64,000 nt of DNA from Hypanus sabinus (Eukaryota), in the NCBI RefSeq assembly GCF_030144855.1, contig NC_082729.1, positions 23,684,001 through 23,748,000 on the forward strand. Reading direction: 5' to 3'. Shown here one piece after another: positions 13,001-24,772 of this stretch. How positions within the stretch are numbered: the stretch's first letter is position 1; the number at the start of each line of letters is the position of its first letter. Made by a program: the position numbers and the translations under genes. The notes below the pieces were generated by a model that was not told the origin of the DNA, made no database searches, and worked only from the letters and a program-made list of their open reading frames with translations.

Positions 13001-14732
13001 CTCCTCTGCCCGGTTCCCCTCCCCTCCCCAGCTCCTTTAGACCATAAGACACTGAGCAGAATTAGGCCTTTCAGCCCATTAAGTCTGCTCTGCCATCTCT
13101 TTATGGTTGTTTTATTATCCCCGTAACATTTGACCCCCAACTCATCAAGACCCCATCAACCTCCGCTCTAAATATACCCGATGGCTTGACCACCACAGCT
13201 GCCTGGGGCAATGAATTCCACACACTCACCACCAAATGGGTAAAGACATCCAAAGTACATGTATGTCACCATATACTACCCTGGAATTTGTTTTCTCGCA
13301 GGCATACCCAATAATTCGAATAATCGATCAAAGACCACATTGAACAGGGGTAAAGCCCTTCAGTCATTGAGCACATCGACATGAAACGCTGTTGTAGGAA
13401 AGCAGCATCCACCATCAGAGATCCCCACCACTCAGACCATGCTCTCTTCTGGCTGCTGCCATCAGGTAGAAGATACAAGAGCCCTCCAGACTCACAGCTC
13501 CACATTCAGTAACAGTTACTACACCTCAACCAAAAGGCTCTTGAACAAAGGGAATAAACATACTCAATTGTCCATCCATTCAGATGTTCCCACAACCAGT
13601 GATCTCACTTTAGGGACTCTTTATCTGATTATTTGTTGCTATTTATTTATATTTGCATTTGCAGTTTGTAGCCTTCTGCACTCTGGTCGATCTTTCAATG
13701 ATCGTCTTATAGGTACTATTATGTACATTTGCTGAGTATGCCCACAGGAAAATGAATCTCAAGCGATGTATAGGTATTATAATTAATTTTACTTTGGACA
13801 ACTGGTGTACAAAAGACAATAAACTGTGCAAATACAAAATAAATAACAAATAAGCAATACAAATCAAAAACTTCAGATGATGAGTCCTTGAAGATGCGTC
13901 CATAGGTTGTGAGAACAGTTCAGTGTTGGGGCAAGTGAAATTATCCTCCCTGGTTTAGGAGTGTGATGGTTGAGGGGTATTGTTATGAATCCTGAGGATC
14001 CCATACCTTCTTCCTGATGGCAACAGTGAGATGACAGCATGTCCTGTGTGGTGGCGGTGTGTGTCCCTGATTAATAATGCTGCGTCCTTCTCAACTCTGT
14101 TCTGAAGGGGGTCCGATTCTGAGGCTGTGTCCTCTGGTCCTAGACTCTATGAAACATCCTCTGCTTGTCCACCTGAACCAGGCCTTTCAATGAATTCCAC
14201 AACCCTGTCCCCCACTCTGAAACTTTAGTTCACACTCCCACCTTCCTCTGTCATCTTCAGCTCCATCGCCCAGTTCAGATACTATACCCACATCACCTGC
14301 ACCCCTATCTGCTCACTACCCTGACTCCTCACTTAGCGCTTTCAGTCTCCACTCCTTCCCCTCACCTCCCTCTTACTTTCCAGTCCAGGAGAAGGGTCTC
14401 GGCCTGAATCGCTGTCTCTCCACGTCCCTCCGCAGTCTGCCCGGCCCGCTGATCTCCTGCAGGCGTTTGAGTGTGGCTCAAACCCCAGTCACTGCTTCTC
14501 CCTGTGGGGGTCAGCGGTTTGCTGCGTGTGGGCAGAATGTCTGGGTGGGGGAGGGCGGTTTTGGGAGTGATCTCATGCCCCTTGGCTGGGCTAGACTGGT
14601 CTCTCTTACTTTCTCTCCCCTCCCCCCTCTCCGCAGGAGTCTGAGATTGATGTCTGCAGTGATATCCCTGTTCAGATTCGGCTGGACCAGGCCGACAGGG
14701 GGGCGGCGGATGCAGACGGCTGCCAGTGCTGA
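6778..14732 (+). CDS. rab7a-like: Ras-related protein Rab-7a-like GTPase, 207 aa, 4 coding exons: 6778-6830, 7478-7604, 9265-9612, 14637-14732
   Basis: Spliced translation [18 protein letters not shown]|[42 protein letters not shown]|[14 protein letters not shown]...NKVD...ETSAK...FLKQ|[31 protein letters not shown]. All introns are GT-AG with consistent phases. Exons of 53+127+348+96 = 624 nt match the RAB7A length. G1-G5 boxes and a C-terminal CXC prenylation motif are present. Confidence 0.96.
7712..9205 (+). repeat. 52-bp minisatellite, ~29 copies, filling ~90% of the rab7-like intron 7605-9264
   Basis: Unit gagtttcactctgtgtctgaccccgggagtgtgtgatgggacggtgtggagg; period 52 verified (7761 to 7813). 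Confidence 0.98.
9795..12200 (-). mobile_element. CR1 LINE remnant in the last rab7-like intron
   Basis: [39 protein letters not shown], with a CR1-type 3' end near 9800. Confidence 0.92.
12225..12850 (+). mobile_element. Penelope-like GIY-YIG fragment
   Basis: [12 protein letters not shown]..., HFNATSHS...[18 protein letters not shown], plus a terminal-repeat piece at 12225-12310. Confidence 0.8.
12871..12996 (+). repeat. Interrupted (CA)n microsatellite
   Basis: Direct reading. Confidence 0.97.
13350..14090. mobile_element. Two opposed Rex/Babar-type 3' end fragments; related pieces at ~20500-20670, 39230-39560 and 61590-61830
   Basis: aggaaagcagcatccaccatcagagatccccacc...ctgccatcaggtagaagataca and its reverse complement. 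Confidence 0.6.
14637..14732 (+). CDS. rab7a-like: rab7-like last coding exon (hypervariable tail plus CQC)
   Basis: Long pyrimidine tract plus ccgcag acceptor, 96 nt, ending TGC CAG TGC TGA. Confidence 0.93.
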   Translation, partial: ESEIDVCSDIPVQIRLDQADRGAADADGCQC

Positions 14733-15947
14733 CCGGCGGGGTAGGGGCTACGCGGTGAGACTCCGGATACCCCCTCGCCTCGTTCCGGAAGAGGAATGCC
14801 CACCTTCACTCGAGTAACCCTCCCGGCCACTGCCTCCCTCTGGTGTGGGGCCAACATCCTGCCGTCTCCGTGGGACTGAGTCCTGCTCCCCAAAAACTCT
14901 TTCCACCTGGCTTATTTGTTAAACCGAGCAGGTCCCGTGTGAAACGGGGTAAATGACCGGCGGGACCCCTGACCCCACGATGTTGTCCCACCGAAGCTGT
15001 CCATCGAGCCCTCAGTGACCTCCCTGGCCCAGGACAGGGGAGGGAGGGGGCTGTCTCTAACCTGTGTCTGCTCTGTCTCCTCTGGGCTGGACCCCAGTGA
15101 CACCCCCCACCAGCCCTCTGGAGAGGGTGGGGGGGTTGTCTCCACCCTTTGTGTCTCTCTCACCCCGTCCCACAAGGGAGCGGTCTGACCCCTTGGGCTG
15201 GGTAGCAGACAGGGTAGAAAGAGAACCGGGCCCCAGTGTCACCACTGGGCCCAGAAGAAGAAGGTTTAGGGGCTATCTCCAGCCTGTGTCACCCTCCCAT
15301 CCGTCCCGGGACAAGGGAAGGCGTCATGACCTCCGGGCTGGGCAGCATGCCAGGGAGAGTTAGAGATGGGCATCAGTGACCCTGCCACAGGAAGAGGAGG
15401 GGAAGGGGCAGCTTGTGTCACCTGGGCAGAGGGAGAGGCCAGAACCCTCTGGTGCTTGCAAGCAGAGAAGGTAGCCATACCCCCACCCTTTCCTCTTTTT
15501 GGGAATGTTCATTGAGAGAGAGCAGGAGAGGATGCCCAGGGACAGTTGGGCGGTGACCTCCCCCAAATCTCCGCTCTCCTGCCCCGGTTTGCGAGACGGG
15601 CGCACGGAGAGTCCACGCCAGAGTTTGTGTGATGCCGGTGGTTGTCGGTGGAATCAACAAGTGGGGGCATCCTGCCCCCTCCCTCCGAGGAAAAGTCTGG
15701 GGTCTCCCCACTGGCCCTGTTGGGCTCTCCTCCCTGTCTGCTTTGAATATCGGCCTTCTTTAGTCTCAGTGTTCTTTGGGAGGGGATGGTGTGGAGGGTG
15801 GGGTGATGCTTACAGATTTCTGACTTTTCCCTTCCTGTGTCGCCCCCGCCACACAACCTTCTCGCAGGCCAGAGTCCCTGTCCACTACACTCTCCTGTTA
15901 CCCATGCACGCTGTCATTCATTGTGGATCGGGACGGACCCCAAGTTG

Positions 15948-15953
15948 AATAAA
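15948..15953 (+). terminator. Probable polyadenylation signal of rab7-like (3' UTR ~14733-15975)
   Basis: First AATAAA seen downstream of the stop codon. Confidence 0.6.
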
Positions 15954-16429
15954 AACTGATTTGAGATGACTTCTGGAATGGTCCTCCCCACTCTGTGCTC
16001 TTCAGGCTGGTATTGGTCGACACCCACCCCAAGATGGAGCGGTGGGTGTGGGGAGCTGGAATCGCCGGCCCTCAGAGGTTTCAGCATCCTGGAGCCGTAG
16101 GGCTCGGAAACGGAATCTTCGACCCAACACAGAGTCTTGTGTTTCTGCATCTCTCTGCCCACCCTCGCCACGTGTCCCTCTCCATACTGCTCCCATGTTG
16201 CCCCCCCCTCGTGATTATCCGAGTCCGTCTGGCTGAGGCAGAGCGGATCCATCCAGTGGGGAGTGGAAAATTTCCCCCGACACCTGGTGCCGAGTCGTGA
16301 ACGACGACTGGATTTGGACTGCAGACGGTAGAGTCACTTTCCATGCTGGAGCAGCGACTGAAGTGTGTGTGTGTGTGTGTGAGCGAGCGTGTGACGGGTT
16401 TGTCAGAAGGGTCCGCAGAGCATAAAGGT

Positions 16430-16635
16430 GAGCGCGGCGCGATCAGAAATCGGGGCTGTGGAGTTCGGAGTTCAATTCTGGCGACCTTTGTAAGGAGTCT
16501 TTCCCTCCTCCCCACGGACCGTGTGAGTTTCCTCTGGGTGCTCCGGTTTCCACCCACAGTCCAAAGGTGTACCGGCCGGTCGGTTAATTGGTCATTGTAA
16601 TGGTTAAATCGGGTGAAGGGCCGGGAGGGTCTCAA
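16430..16635 (+). mobile_element. tRNA-derived V-SINE (HE1-like); paralogous copies at ~33237-33380 and ~58830-58975
   Basis: B-box-like ggagttcaattc and the V-domain tttcctctgggtgctccggtttccacccacagtccaaag. Confidence 0.75.
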
Positions 16636-16760
16636 TGAATCAGTAAGGAGGAGTGACCTGCAGTGCCTGTCCCTGTCCGTCCCCACCCCAACGGTAAGAA
16701 ACAGGAATAAGGGTAAACAAGAAACAGGGTAAGAAAAAAGTGGCCGTCGACACTCCGCAG

Positions 16761-16766
16761 TTTATT
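16761..16766 (-). terminator. Probable LAGE3 polyadenylation signal
   Basis: tttatt on the + strand reads AATAAA on the - strand, ~130 nt after the stop. Confidence 0.65.
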
Positions 16767-16894
16767 CCTGCAGTCTGCTGCTTCCACACATCCGTTTGCA
16801 CTTCCTGCTTGGGAGGCAGCCTCCTGAATCACCCACGAACAGCAACCCCCGGGACTGGCCACCCCTGGACTCGTTGCCCGCGGACCCCCCGCCC

Positions 16895-19850
16895 CTAGCT
16901 GAAGCTGGCCGGTCCAAATCTGTCCATGGTCTCCAGCACCAGGCTGAGGTTGTCCAGGAAGGAGCTGACGGACACACGGAGGATTCTGGCCTCTTCTGCC
17001 TCCCAGTGGCTGTGGAGAGAGGAGAGAGTGGAGGGTGGGTGAGGTGCGGCAGGCAGTGGGGTGCTTGAGGTCGGTGAGAGAGTGAGAAATGGTGGGGAGA
17101 GAGAGAGTGCGGGAAGGCGGCGGCAAGAGAAGGCGGGGGAATATGGATGGAGGGGGGTTGACAGGGAGCAAGGAGGGAGGACTATTTTCACAATCCCCCC
17201 CCCCCCCCCCACTGAGTGAGGGCAAGAATCAGGAGGCTGAGCTGAGTGGAATGGGTGGGACTGTAGGATGATGTGTGCTTCAAAGCTTCAGGATACCCGA
17301 GCCACCTCCCCCACCTTTTCACGTGCTCTGCGAGTCACTGGTGGCAGTTCGGGTCTCTCTGGTGCCTTTCAACTCCTCAGCTGACTCTTCACTTTCACTT
17401 AAGCGCAAAGGAGGTGGGCTTGCCCACTTCCCCACCTTTCCTCTTACCCTCCTCCTCCCTCCCTCCAAAAGGACCACAACCTCAATGGAGGCTCGAATAC
17501 CTGGTCAGCTACGTTGGCTGGAGTCAGAGCTTCATGCTTTGGCTCCTGGTAGGGTGACCCATGCCAAGTAAGTCAAAGGGCAGAGGTCAGTCTAAGAGTG
17601 GTCTCCTAGGTTCAGGGTTCAGCTCAGGGTTAACAACCCTGATGGGTCAAACAAAACTGTTGTGAAAACAGCAGAGAAGAACCTTTCTACATCTGAATGC
17701 GACTGTATTCAAAGAACCATAGAATATTATAGCACAGAAACAGGCCTTTTGGCCCTTCTTGGCTGTGCTGAACCATTTTTCGGCCTTGTCCCACTGACCT
17801 GCACCTGGCCCATATCCCTCCATACACCTCTCATCCATGCACCTGTCCAAGTTTTTAATAAATGAGTCTCCACCTGGGACTTGCATGACGGACAGTAGTG
17901 AAAACCGGGCTTAAGCTATTGACATGATGAAGAACACTGCCTGAGGCAGAGGGCCTAAACAACAGTGGAGTAACAGGCAGTCAGTAAGTAAGGGGGGGTG
18001 GGGGAGCAGGCCAAAACTAGGCTTCCCTTCTGCTCACTGGTTGAAAACCCAGTTCGGGTGGCCCTTGATTCTGTGATGGCTATCATTCTATAGTTTTGCT
18101 GAGTATGCCCGCAAGATAATGAATCTCAGGGTTGTACAGGCTGACGTATATGTACTTTGACAATAAATCTACTGTCAGCTTTCTAAGTGAGGGAGTGGGG
18201 GAAAGCAAGCAAGAAGTGTCTGTTATGACATTGGCGTTGAGGGCCCCAGTGAAGGTCCTCCAGCAGCCCCACGCCGCACATCCTGGCTCCGAGCCGGAGT
18301 CTTCCACGTTTCTTAGGGGGCAGATCGGGCCGGGCAAGAGTCGCGTGTGAAACACAGATTGTAAAGAAATAAATAAATTGGTGTTGGGGTGGGGCGGGGG
18401 AGGACATAGAAGGATGCCACTCCAAGCACTCACCCCTGAAGTGTGCAGTCTTGTACGGTTAAAGTTCTGCTGATTCCCCCTTTCCTGGGCTCGGCGTCCG
18501 GGCTGAGGGATCCCAAGGCGATCTGTGCCTCCCTTGCCGATGGGAAAGGGACGCTGAGATTACTGTGGCCCCTCGCTAAGGAGTGATAACAGAAATGGCG
18601 AGGGCAACGGGGCCCTGTTCCTGTGCCCCCACCCCACGCCGCTCACGCCGTGTGCTGGAAGCTGACTGGAACCTCCTTGCCAGCGCAGAAGCAGGATGGT
18701 TGTGGAAGGGGTGGAGTCCTGATGTGGGTGACTCACCTCCTGGGCCTTCCCACCGGTCAGGAGTGTGATGTTAACTTCCCTGGCTGGAGTTAGACTCTGC
18801 ATTCCACATCACTACATTCCCTTCTCCGTGATCTACAGCTCAGGAGTGTGACAGGACAATCCCCACCTGCCGAGGTCCGACAACTGTGGAGAAGGCCAAC
18901 ACCGTCCAGTCCTCGTTTGGCATCCCATCCGTGCCCCCAGATATCTCTCTTCGCCACTGGCGGACAGCGTGTGTCTGCCGAGTTCACATCGTTTCCTCGC
19001 CCGGGCAACTTCGACTGCAACACCTCCCAACCCTGGTGCTTCTCCTGCTACCCCAAATCTATAAGCCCGTAAAGCAGAGGAGAATCAGGCCATTCAGCCC
19101 ATCGAGTCTGCTCTGCCAGTTGATCACGGCTCAGTTAAGTCACATCGCTCACCGTCACTGGGTTTGAACCCTGCAGCCCATTTCAACAAACCGTGGCGAT
19201 TAAAAGGTGTGGGATGATCCCCATTTTGGGCAATTAGGGATGGGGAACATTTACTGGCCTTGTGGGAAGTGACAAATAAATGAAAGGAAATTTTGAAGGA
19301 TTACTGGGCATTTCTGGTTTAACGTCCAGAAATGATCGAGACGCTTGCAACATTAGAAACTACAACTCCCAGCAGGCTGCAGCACTCGCGCACACACGGC
19401 GCTCATGAACTACTGCGCATGTGCTCCTGAAAGAGCCCTTAAATTACACTTTCCCGAATATCTTCCGTAACGGAGCGCATGCCCTGTAAGCAATATCCCA
19501 ATTTAGAGCACATTCCGCGGGAACGTGAGTGCAGAAATGAAATCTTCATCTGGTGCTCCGAAGAGTCAGTTACAGTGCGCATGTGCCACAGGGTACAGCT
19601 AATTAAACTACATTGCCCAGGAGCCTCCACGTGATGCGCATGCGCACCGCAAGAAAAGCGCAGCTACTCCCACCACGCCGGTGTCTACCGTCAGTGTTCC
19701 CGGCGGGGTTGATCTGCCTTTACACCGCCCTCGCCCTAAGCTCCCTCACCTCCCCCGTCGTCCCGACGCACCCGGTCGAAGTCCATCAAACAAAGGATAC
19801 AAGTGCAGCCGGTTGTCGCCGTTGGCAACCGCCTCCCCTCCCGCCGCCAT
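16895..19850 (-). CDS. lage3: EKC/KEOPS complex subunit LAGE3 (Pcc1), 97 aa; exons 19850-19801, 18562-18434, 17009-16895
   Basis: Spliced translation MAAGGEAVANGDNRLHF|NLSVPFPSAREAQIALGSLSPDAEPRKGGISRTLTVQDCTLQG|HWEAEEARILRVSVSSFLDNLSLVLETMDRFGPASFS* matches the Pcc1 motifs (VPFP..EA.IA.GSL.PD.EP; W.AE..R.LR.S...FLD.L.LV..TM.RFG). Exons 50+129+115 = 294 nt, both introns phase 2, good Kozak context aacATGG. Confidence 0.95.
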
Positions 19851-20045
19851 GTTTGGGTAGAAAGTGCGGACGCGACCACTGAGAGGGAGCGGTGGGGGTG
19901 GAATGGCGTGGTGGCGGACGATACCATTGAGCGGAGGGGTGGTGTTGGGACCTGTCATTCAGGAGAGGCGGGACTGAAGCCAAGTGCCTTATAAAGGCTG
20001 TGGGATGGGTGGGGCATCAGATGTTCGTGGCCCCGCCCTCTTCCC
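19355..20045. promoter_or_regulatory. CpG-island housekeeping promoter region of LAGE3 (ZNF143/SBS, NRF1, E-box, YY1 and GC-box motifs)
   Basis: ACTACAACTCCCAGCAG at 19359-19375, ACTACATTGCCCAGGAG at 19607-19623, TGCGCATG(T/C)GC at 19414, 19576 and 19635, CACGTG at 19628, CCGCCATGTT over the ATG, and GGCCCCGCCC at ~20029. Confidence 0.75.
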
Positions 20046-20129
20046 CAGAGTTCAACCCCAGGGGGAACAGCAGGGGTCGCCCCTTGCGGGAAATTCCAAA
20101 GTGACTTGTTAAATAAGAAATTTCAATGG

Positions 20130-20296
20130 CAAACACGACGAAATCTGCAGATGCTGGAAATTCAAATAACACACACGAAATGCTGGTGGAACACAGCAGG
20201 CCAGGCGGCTTCTATAGGGAGAAGCACTGTCGACGATTCGGACCGAGACCCTTTGTCAGGACTAGTCTGTGTTCCACCAGCATTTTGTGCGTGTTG
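20130..20296 (-). mobile_element. Short Penelope terminal-repeat insertion with internal inversion and 16-bp TSD
   Basis: taagaaatttcaatgg at 20114-20129 and 20297-20312. Inverted arms at ~20168-20196 and 20267-20296. Confidence 0.88.
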
Positions 20297-21050
20297 TAAG
20301 AAATTTCAATGGTGGGTATTGACTCAGTATAAGCCTATCGTCGTTATTTGTGTAATTATCACCGCATTATAGCTGGCGTGACATTTGTTGTTTTCTGGCA
20401 ACGCTACTCTGCGAATATCATAAAATTACTATAAATGAAAAAGTCAATAAATATTGTGTAAAAAATAGCGAGGTCGTGTTCACGGAACTTTAAAAAATCT
20501 GGTGGCGGACGGCAGGGAAGCATTTGCTGAATCATTGACTGTGGAGTTTCAGGTTCCTGTAAATCCCCTCCCGGTGGCAACGAGAAAAGGACTTGTATCC
20601 AGGTGGTGAGAGTGTTTAATGACGAATGCCGCCCTCTTGAAGATGTCTTTGATGGTGGGGAGAGCTCAAAGGCTCATTTTTATTGTCAAAGTGCACATGT
20701 ATGATACGACCTTGATATTTGTCTACACCAGACAGCCATTAAATTCAGAAAGACCATGGGTGTTGATGAAAGAAAACACATCAACTCCACCCAACCCAAA
20801 CGGCACGAAAAAGAGAAGAAAAAAAAAACCTCGCAGACCCCAATACCCCCACTCGCCTGCAGGAAAAAACAGCCACAATAACAACCAAAGTCCCCATACA
20901 CATAACGTTTTGAACCCTCACTCGCAGAAAAGGACAGGGACAGTGGCACCAAATCCCCCAACACTGCATCGTACACACAAAAATTAACAGATCACCCCCC
21001 CCCCCGCCAATCGACCACAAGAAAGAAACACCGAAAAACTGAAGGAAACC

Positions 21051-24000
21051 CTTAATCTCCCTCCTAAACAGATATACTGTTTTGAATACTGTTGGGGGAG
21101 ATGTCTCATCGGGGGAAGGCAGCAGCAGCCGAGTTCATGGCACCATGGGTGGCTCTGCGGCACAGGAGGGAAGGAAAAGGGAGTGGGAGAGCTGTAGTGA
21201 TAGGGGATTCGATTGTAAGGGGAACAGATAGGCGTTACTGCGACCGCAAACGAGACTCCAGGATGGTATGTTTCCTCCCTGGTGCAAGAGTCAAGAATGT
21301 CTCTGAGCGGCTGCAGGACATTCTGAAATGGGAGGGTGAACAGCCAGTGGTCGTGGTGCACATAGGTACCAACAATATAGGTAAAGAACGGGATGAGGTC
21401 CCACAAGGTGAATTTAGGGAGTTAGGAGATAAACTAAAAAGTAGGACCACAAAGGTAATAATCTCTGGATTACTACCAGTGCCACGTGCTAGTCAGAGTA
21501 GCAATAGGAGGATATTTCAGATGAATACGTGGCTTGAAAAATGGTGTAAGGGGGAGGAATTCAAATTTCTGGGGGATTGGAACCAGTTCTGGGGGAGGTG
21601 GGACTGGTATAAACAGGACGGTCTGCACCTGGGCTGTACAGGAACCAATGTCCAAGGGGGAGCGTTTGCTACTGCTGTTCAGGAGGCTTTAAACTGATGT
21701 GGCAGGGGGATGGGAACATGTGCAGAGAGACAGAGGGGTGTAAAATGAGGGTAGAAGCAAAAAGTAGTAAGGTGAAAAGTAAAAGTGGCAGGCAGGCAAA
21801 TCCAGGGCAAAAAGCAAAATGAGCCACTTTTCAACATAATTGTATAAGGGCTAAGAGTGTTGTAAAAACAAGCCTGAAGGCTTTGTGTGTCAATGCGAGG
21901 AGCATTCGTAACAAGGTGGATGAATTGAATGTGCAGATAGTTATTAATGAATATGATATAGTTGGGATCACAGAGACATGGCTCCAGGGTGACCAAGGAT
22001 GGGAGCTCAACATCCAGGGATATTCAATATTCAGGAGGGATAGACAGGAAGGAAAAGGAGGTGGGGTAGCATTGCTGGTTAGAGAGGAGATTAACGCAAT
22101 AGAAAGGAAGGACATTAGCCTGGAGGATGTGGAATCGATATGGGTAGAGCTGCATAACACTAAAGGGCAGAAAACGCTGGTGGGAGTTGTGTACAGGCCA
22201 CCTAACAGTGGTAGTGAGGTTGGGGATAGCATTAAACAGGAATTTAAAATGCGTGCAATAAAGGAACAGTAGTTATAATGGATGACTTCAATCTACATAT
22301 AGATTGGGTGAACCAAATTGGTAAGGGTGCTAAGGAAGAAGATTTCTTAGAATGTATGCGGGATAGTTTTCTGAACCAACATGTCGAGGTACCAGCTAGA
22401 GAGCAGGCCATTCTAGATTGGGTATTGAGCAATGAGGAAGGGTTAGTTAGCAATCTTGTCGTACGAGGCCCCTTGGGTAAGAGTGGCCATAATATGGTGA
22501 AATTCTTCATTAAGATGGAGAGTGACATAGTTAATTCAGAAACAAAGGTTCTGAACTTAAAGAAGGGTAACTTTGAAGTATGAGACGTGAATTAGCTAAG
22601 ATAGACTGGCAAATGATACTTTAAGGGTTGTTGGTGGATATGCAATGGCAAGCATTTAAAGATCGCATGGATGAACTACAACAATTGTTCATCCCAGTTT
22701 GGCAAAAGAATAAACCAGGGAAGGTTGTGCACCCGTGGCTGACAAGGGAAATTAGGGATAGTATCAAGTCCAAAGAAGAAACATATAAATTAGCAAAAAA
22801 ATAAGCGGCACACCTGAGGACTGGGAGAAATTCAGAGACCAGCAGAGGAGGACAACCGGCTTAATTAGGAAAGGGAAAAAAGATTATGAGAGAAAGCTGG
22901 CAGGGAACATAAATACTGACTGTAAAAGCTTTTATAGATACGTGAAAAGAAAAAGATTGGTCAGGACAAATGTAGGTTCTTTACAGTGAGAAACAGGTGA
23001 ATTGATCATGGGGAACAAGGACATGGCAGACCAATTGAATAACTACTTTGGTTCTGTCTTCACTAAGGAGGACATAAATAATCTTCCGGAAATAGTAAGG
23101 GACCGAGGGTCTAGTGAGATGGAGGAACTGAGGGAAATACATGATAGTAGGGAAGTGGTGTTAGGTAAATTGAAGGGATTAAAGGCAGATAAATCCCCAG
23201 CGCCAGATGCATCCCAAAGTGCTTAAGGAAGTAGCCCAAGAAATTGTGGATGCATTAGTGATAATTTTTCAAAATTCCTTAGATTCTGGATTAGATCCTG
23301 AGGATTGGAGGGTGGCTAATGTAACCCCACTTTTTAAAAAAGGAGGGAGAGAGAAACTGGGGAATTTTAGACCAGTTAGTCTGACATCGGTGGTGGGGAA
23401 AATGCTAGAGTCCGTTATCAAAGATGTGATAACAGCACATTTGGAAAGAGGTGAAATCATTGGACAAAGTCAGCATGGATTTGTGAAAGGAAAAACATGT
23501 CTGACAAATCTTATAGAATTTTTTGAAGATATAACTAGTAGAGTGGATAGGGGAGAGCCAGTGGATGTAATATATTTAGATTTTCAAAAGGCTTTTGACA
23601 AGGTCCCACATAGGAGATTAGTGTGCAAACTTAAAGCACACGGTATTGGGGGTATGGTATTGATGTTGATAGAGAATTTGTTGACAGACAGGAAGCAAAG
23701 AGTGGGAGTAAACGGGACCTTTTCAGAATGGCAGGCAGTGACTAGTGGGGTACCGCAAGGCTCAGTGCTGGGACCCCAGTTGTTTAAAATATATATGAAT
23801 TATTTAGATGAGGGAATTAAATGCAGCATCTCCAAGTTTTTGGATGACACGAAGCTGGGCGGCGGTGTTAGCTGTGAGGAGGATGCTAAGAGGATGCAGG
23901 GTGACTTGGATAGGTTAGGTGAGTGGGCAAATTCATGGCAGATGCAATTTAATGTGAATAAATGGGAGGTTATCCAATTTGGTTGCAAGAACAGGAAAAC

Positions 24001-24772
24001 AGAGTATTATCTGAACAGTGGCCGATTAGGAAAAGGGGAAATGCAACGAGACCTGGGTGTCATTGTTCACCAGTCATTGAAGGTGGGCATGCAGGTACAG
24101 CAGGTGGTGAAAAAGGCAAATGGTATGTTGGCATTCATAGCAAAAGGATTGGAGTACAGGAACAAGGAGGTTCTACTGCAGTTGTACAAGGCCTTGGTGA
24201 GACCGCACCTCGAGTATTGTGTGCAGTTTTGGTCCCCTAATCTGAGGAAAGACATTCTTGCCATAGAGGGAGTACAGAGAAGGTTCACCAGATTGATTCC
24301 TGGGATGCCAGGACTTTCATATGAAGAAAGACTGGATCGACTGGGCTTGTACTCACTGGAATTTAGAAGATTGAAGGGGGATCTTATTGAAACGTATAAA
24401 ATTCTAAAGGGATTGGACAGGCTAGATGCAGGAAGATTGTTCCCGATGTTGGGGAAGTCCAGAACGAGGGGTCACAGCTTAAGGATAAAGGGGATGCCTT
24501 TTAGGACCGAGATGAGGAAAAACTTCTTCGCACAGAGAGTGGTGAATCTGTGGAATTCTCTGTCACAGGAAACAGTTGAGGCCGGTTCATTGGCTATATT
24601 TAAGAGAAAGTTAGATTTGGCCCTTGTGGCTAAAGAGATCAGGAGGTATAGAGAGAAAGCAGGTACGGGGTTCTGAGTTGGATGATCAGCCATGATCATA
24701 CTGAATGGCGGTGCAGGCTCGGCGGTCCGAATGGCCTACTCCTGCACCTATTTTCCATGTTTCTATGTTTCT
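21051..24772 (+). mobile_element. CR1/HER1-type LINE, near full length (ORF1 esterase; ORF2 APE endonuclease plus RT), degenerate
   Basis: ORF1 VIGDSIVRG/GTNN/DGLH (SGNH). ORF2 [48 protein letters not shown]. 3' (tttctatg)n tail. aaacc duplicated at 21046-21050 and 24773-24777; the empty site is visible at ~51255. Confidence 0.97.

Noticed and set aside
23207-24676. 489-aa ORF as a host gene or active RT
   Set aside because: CR1 ORF2 fragment; the upstream part has stops and frameshifts, and the catalytic motif reads FLDD.
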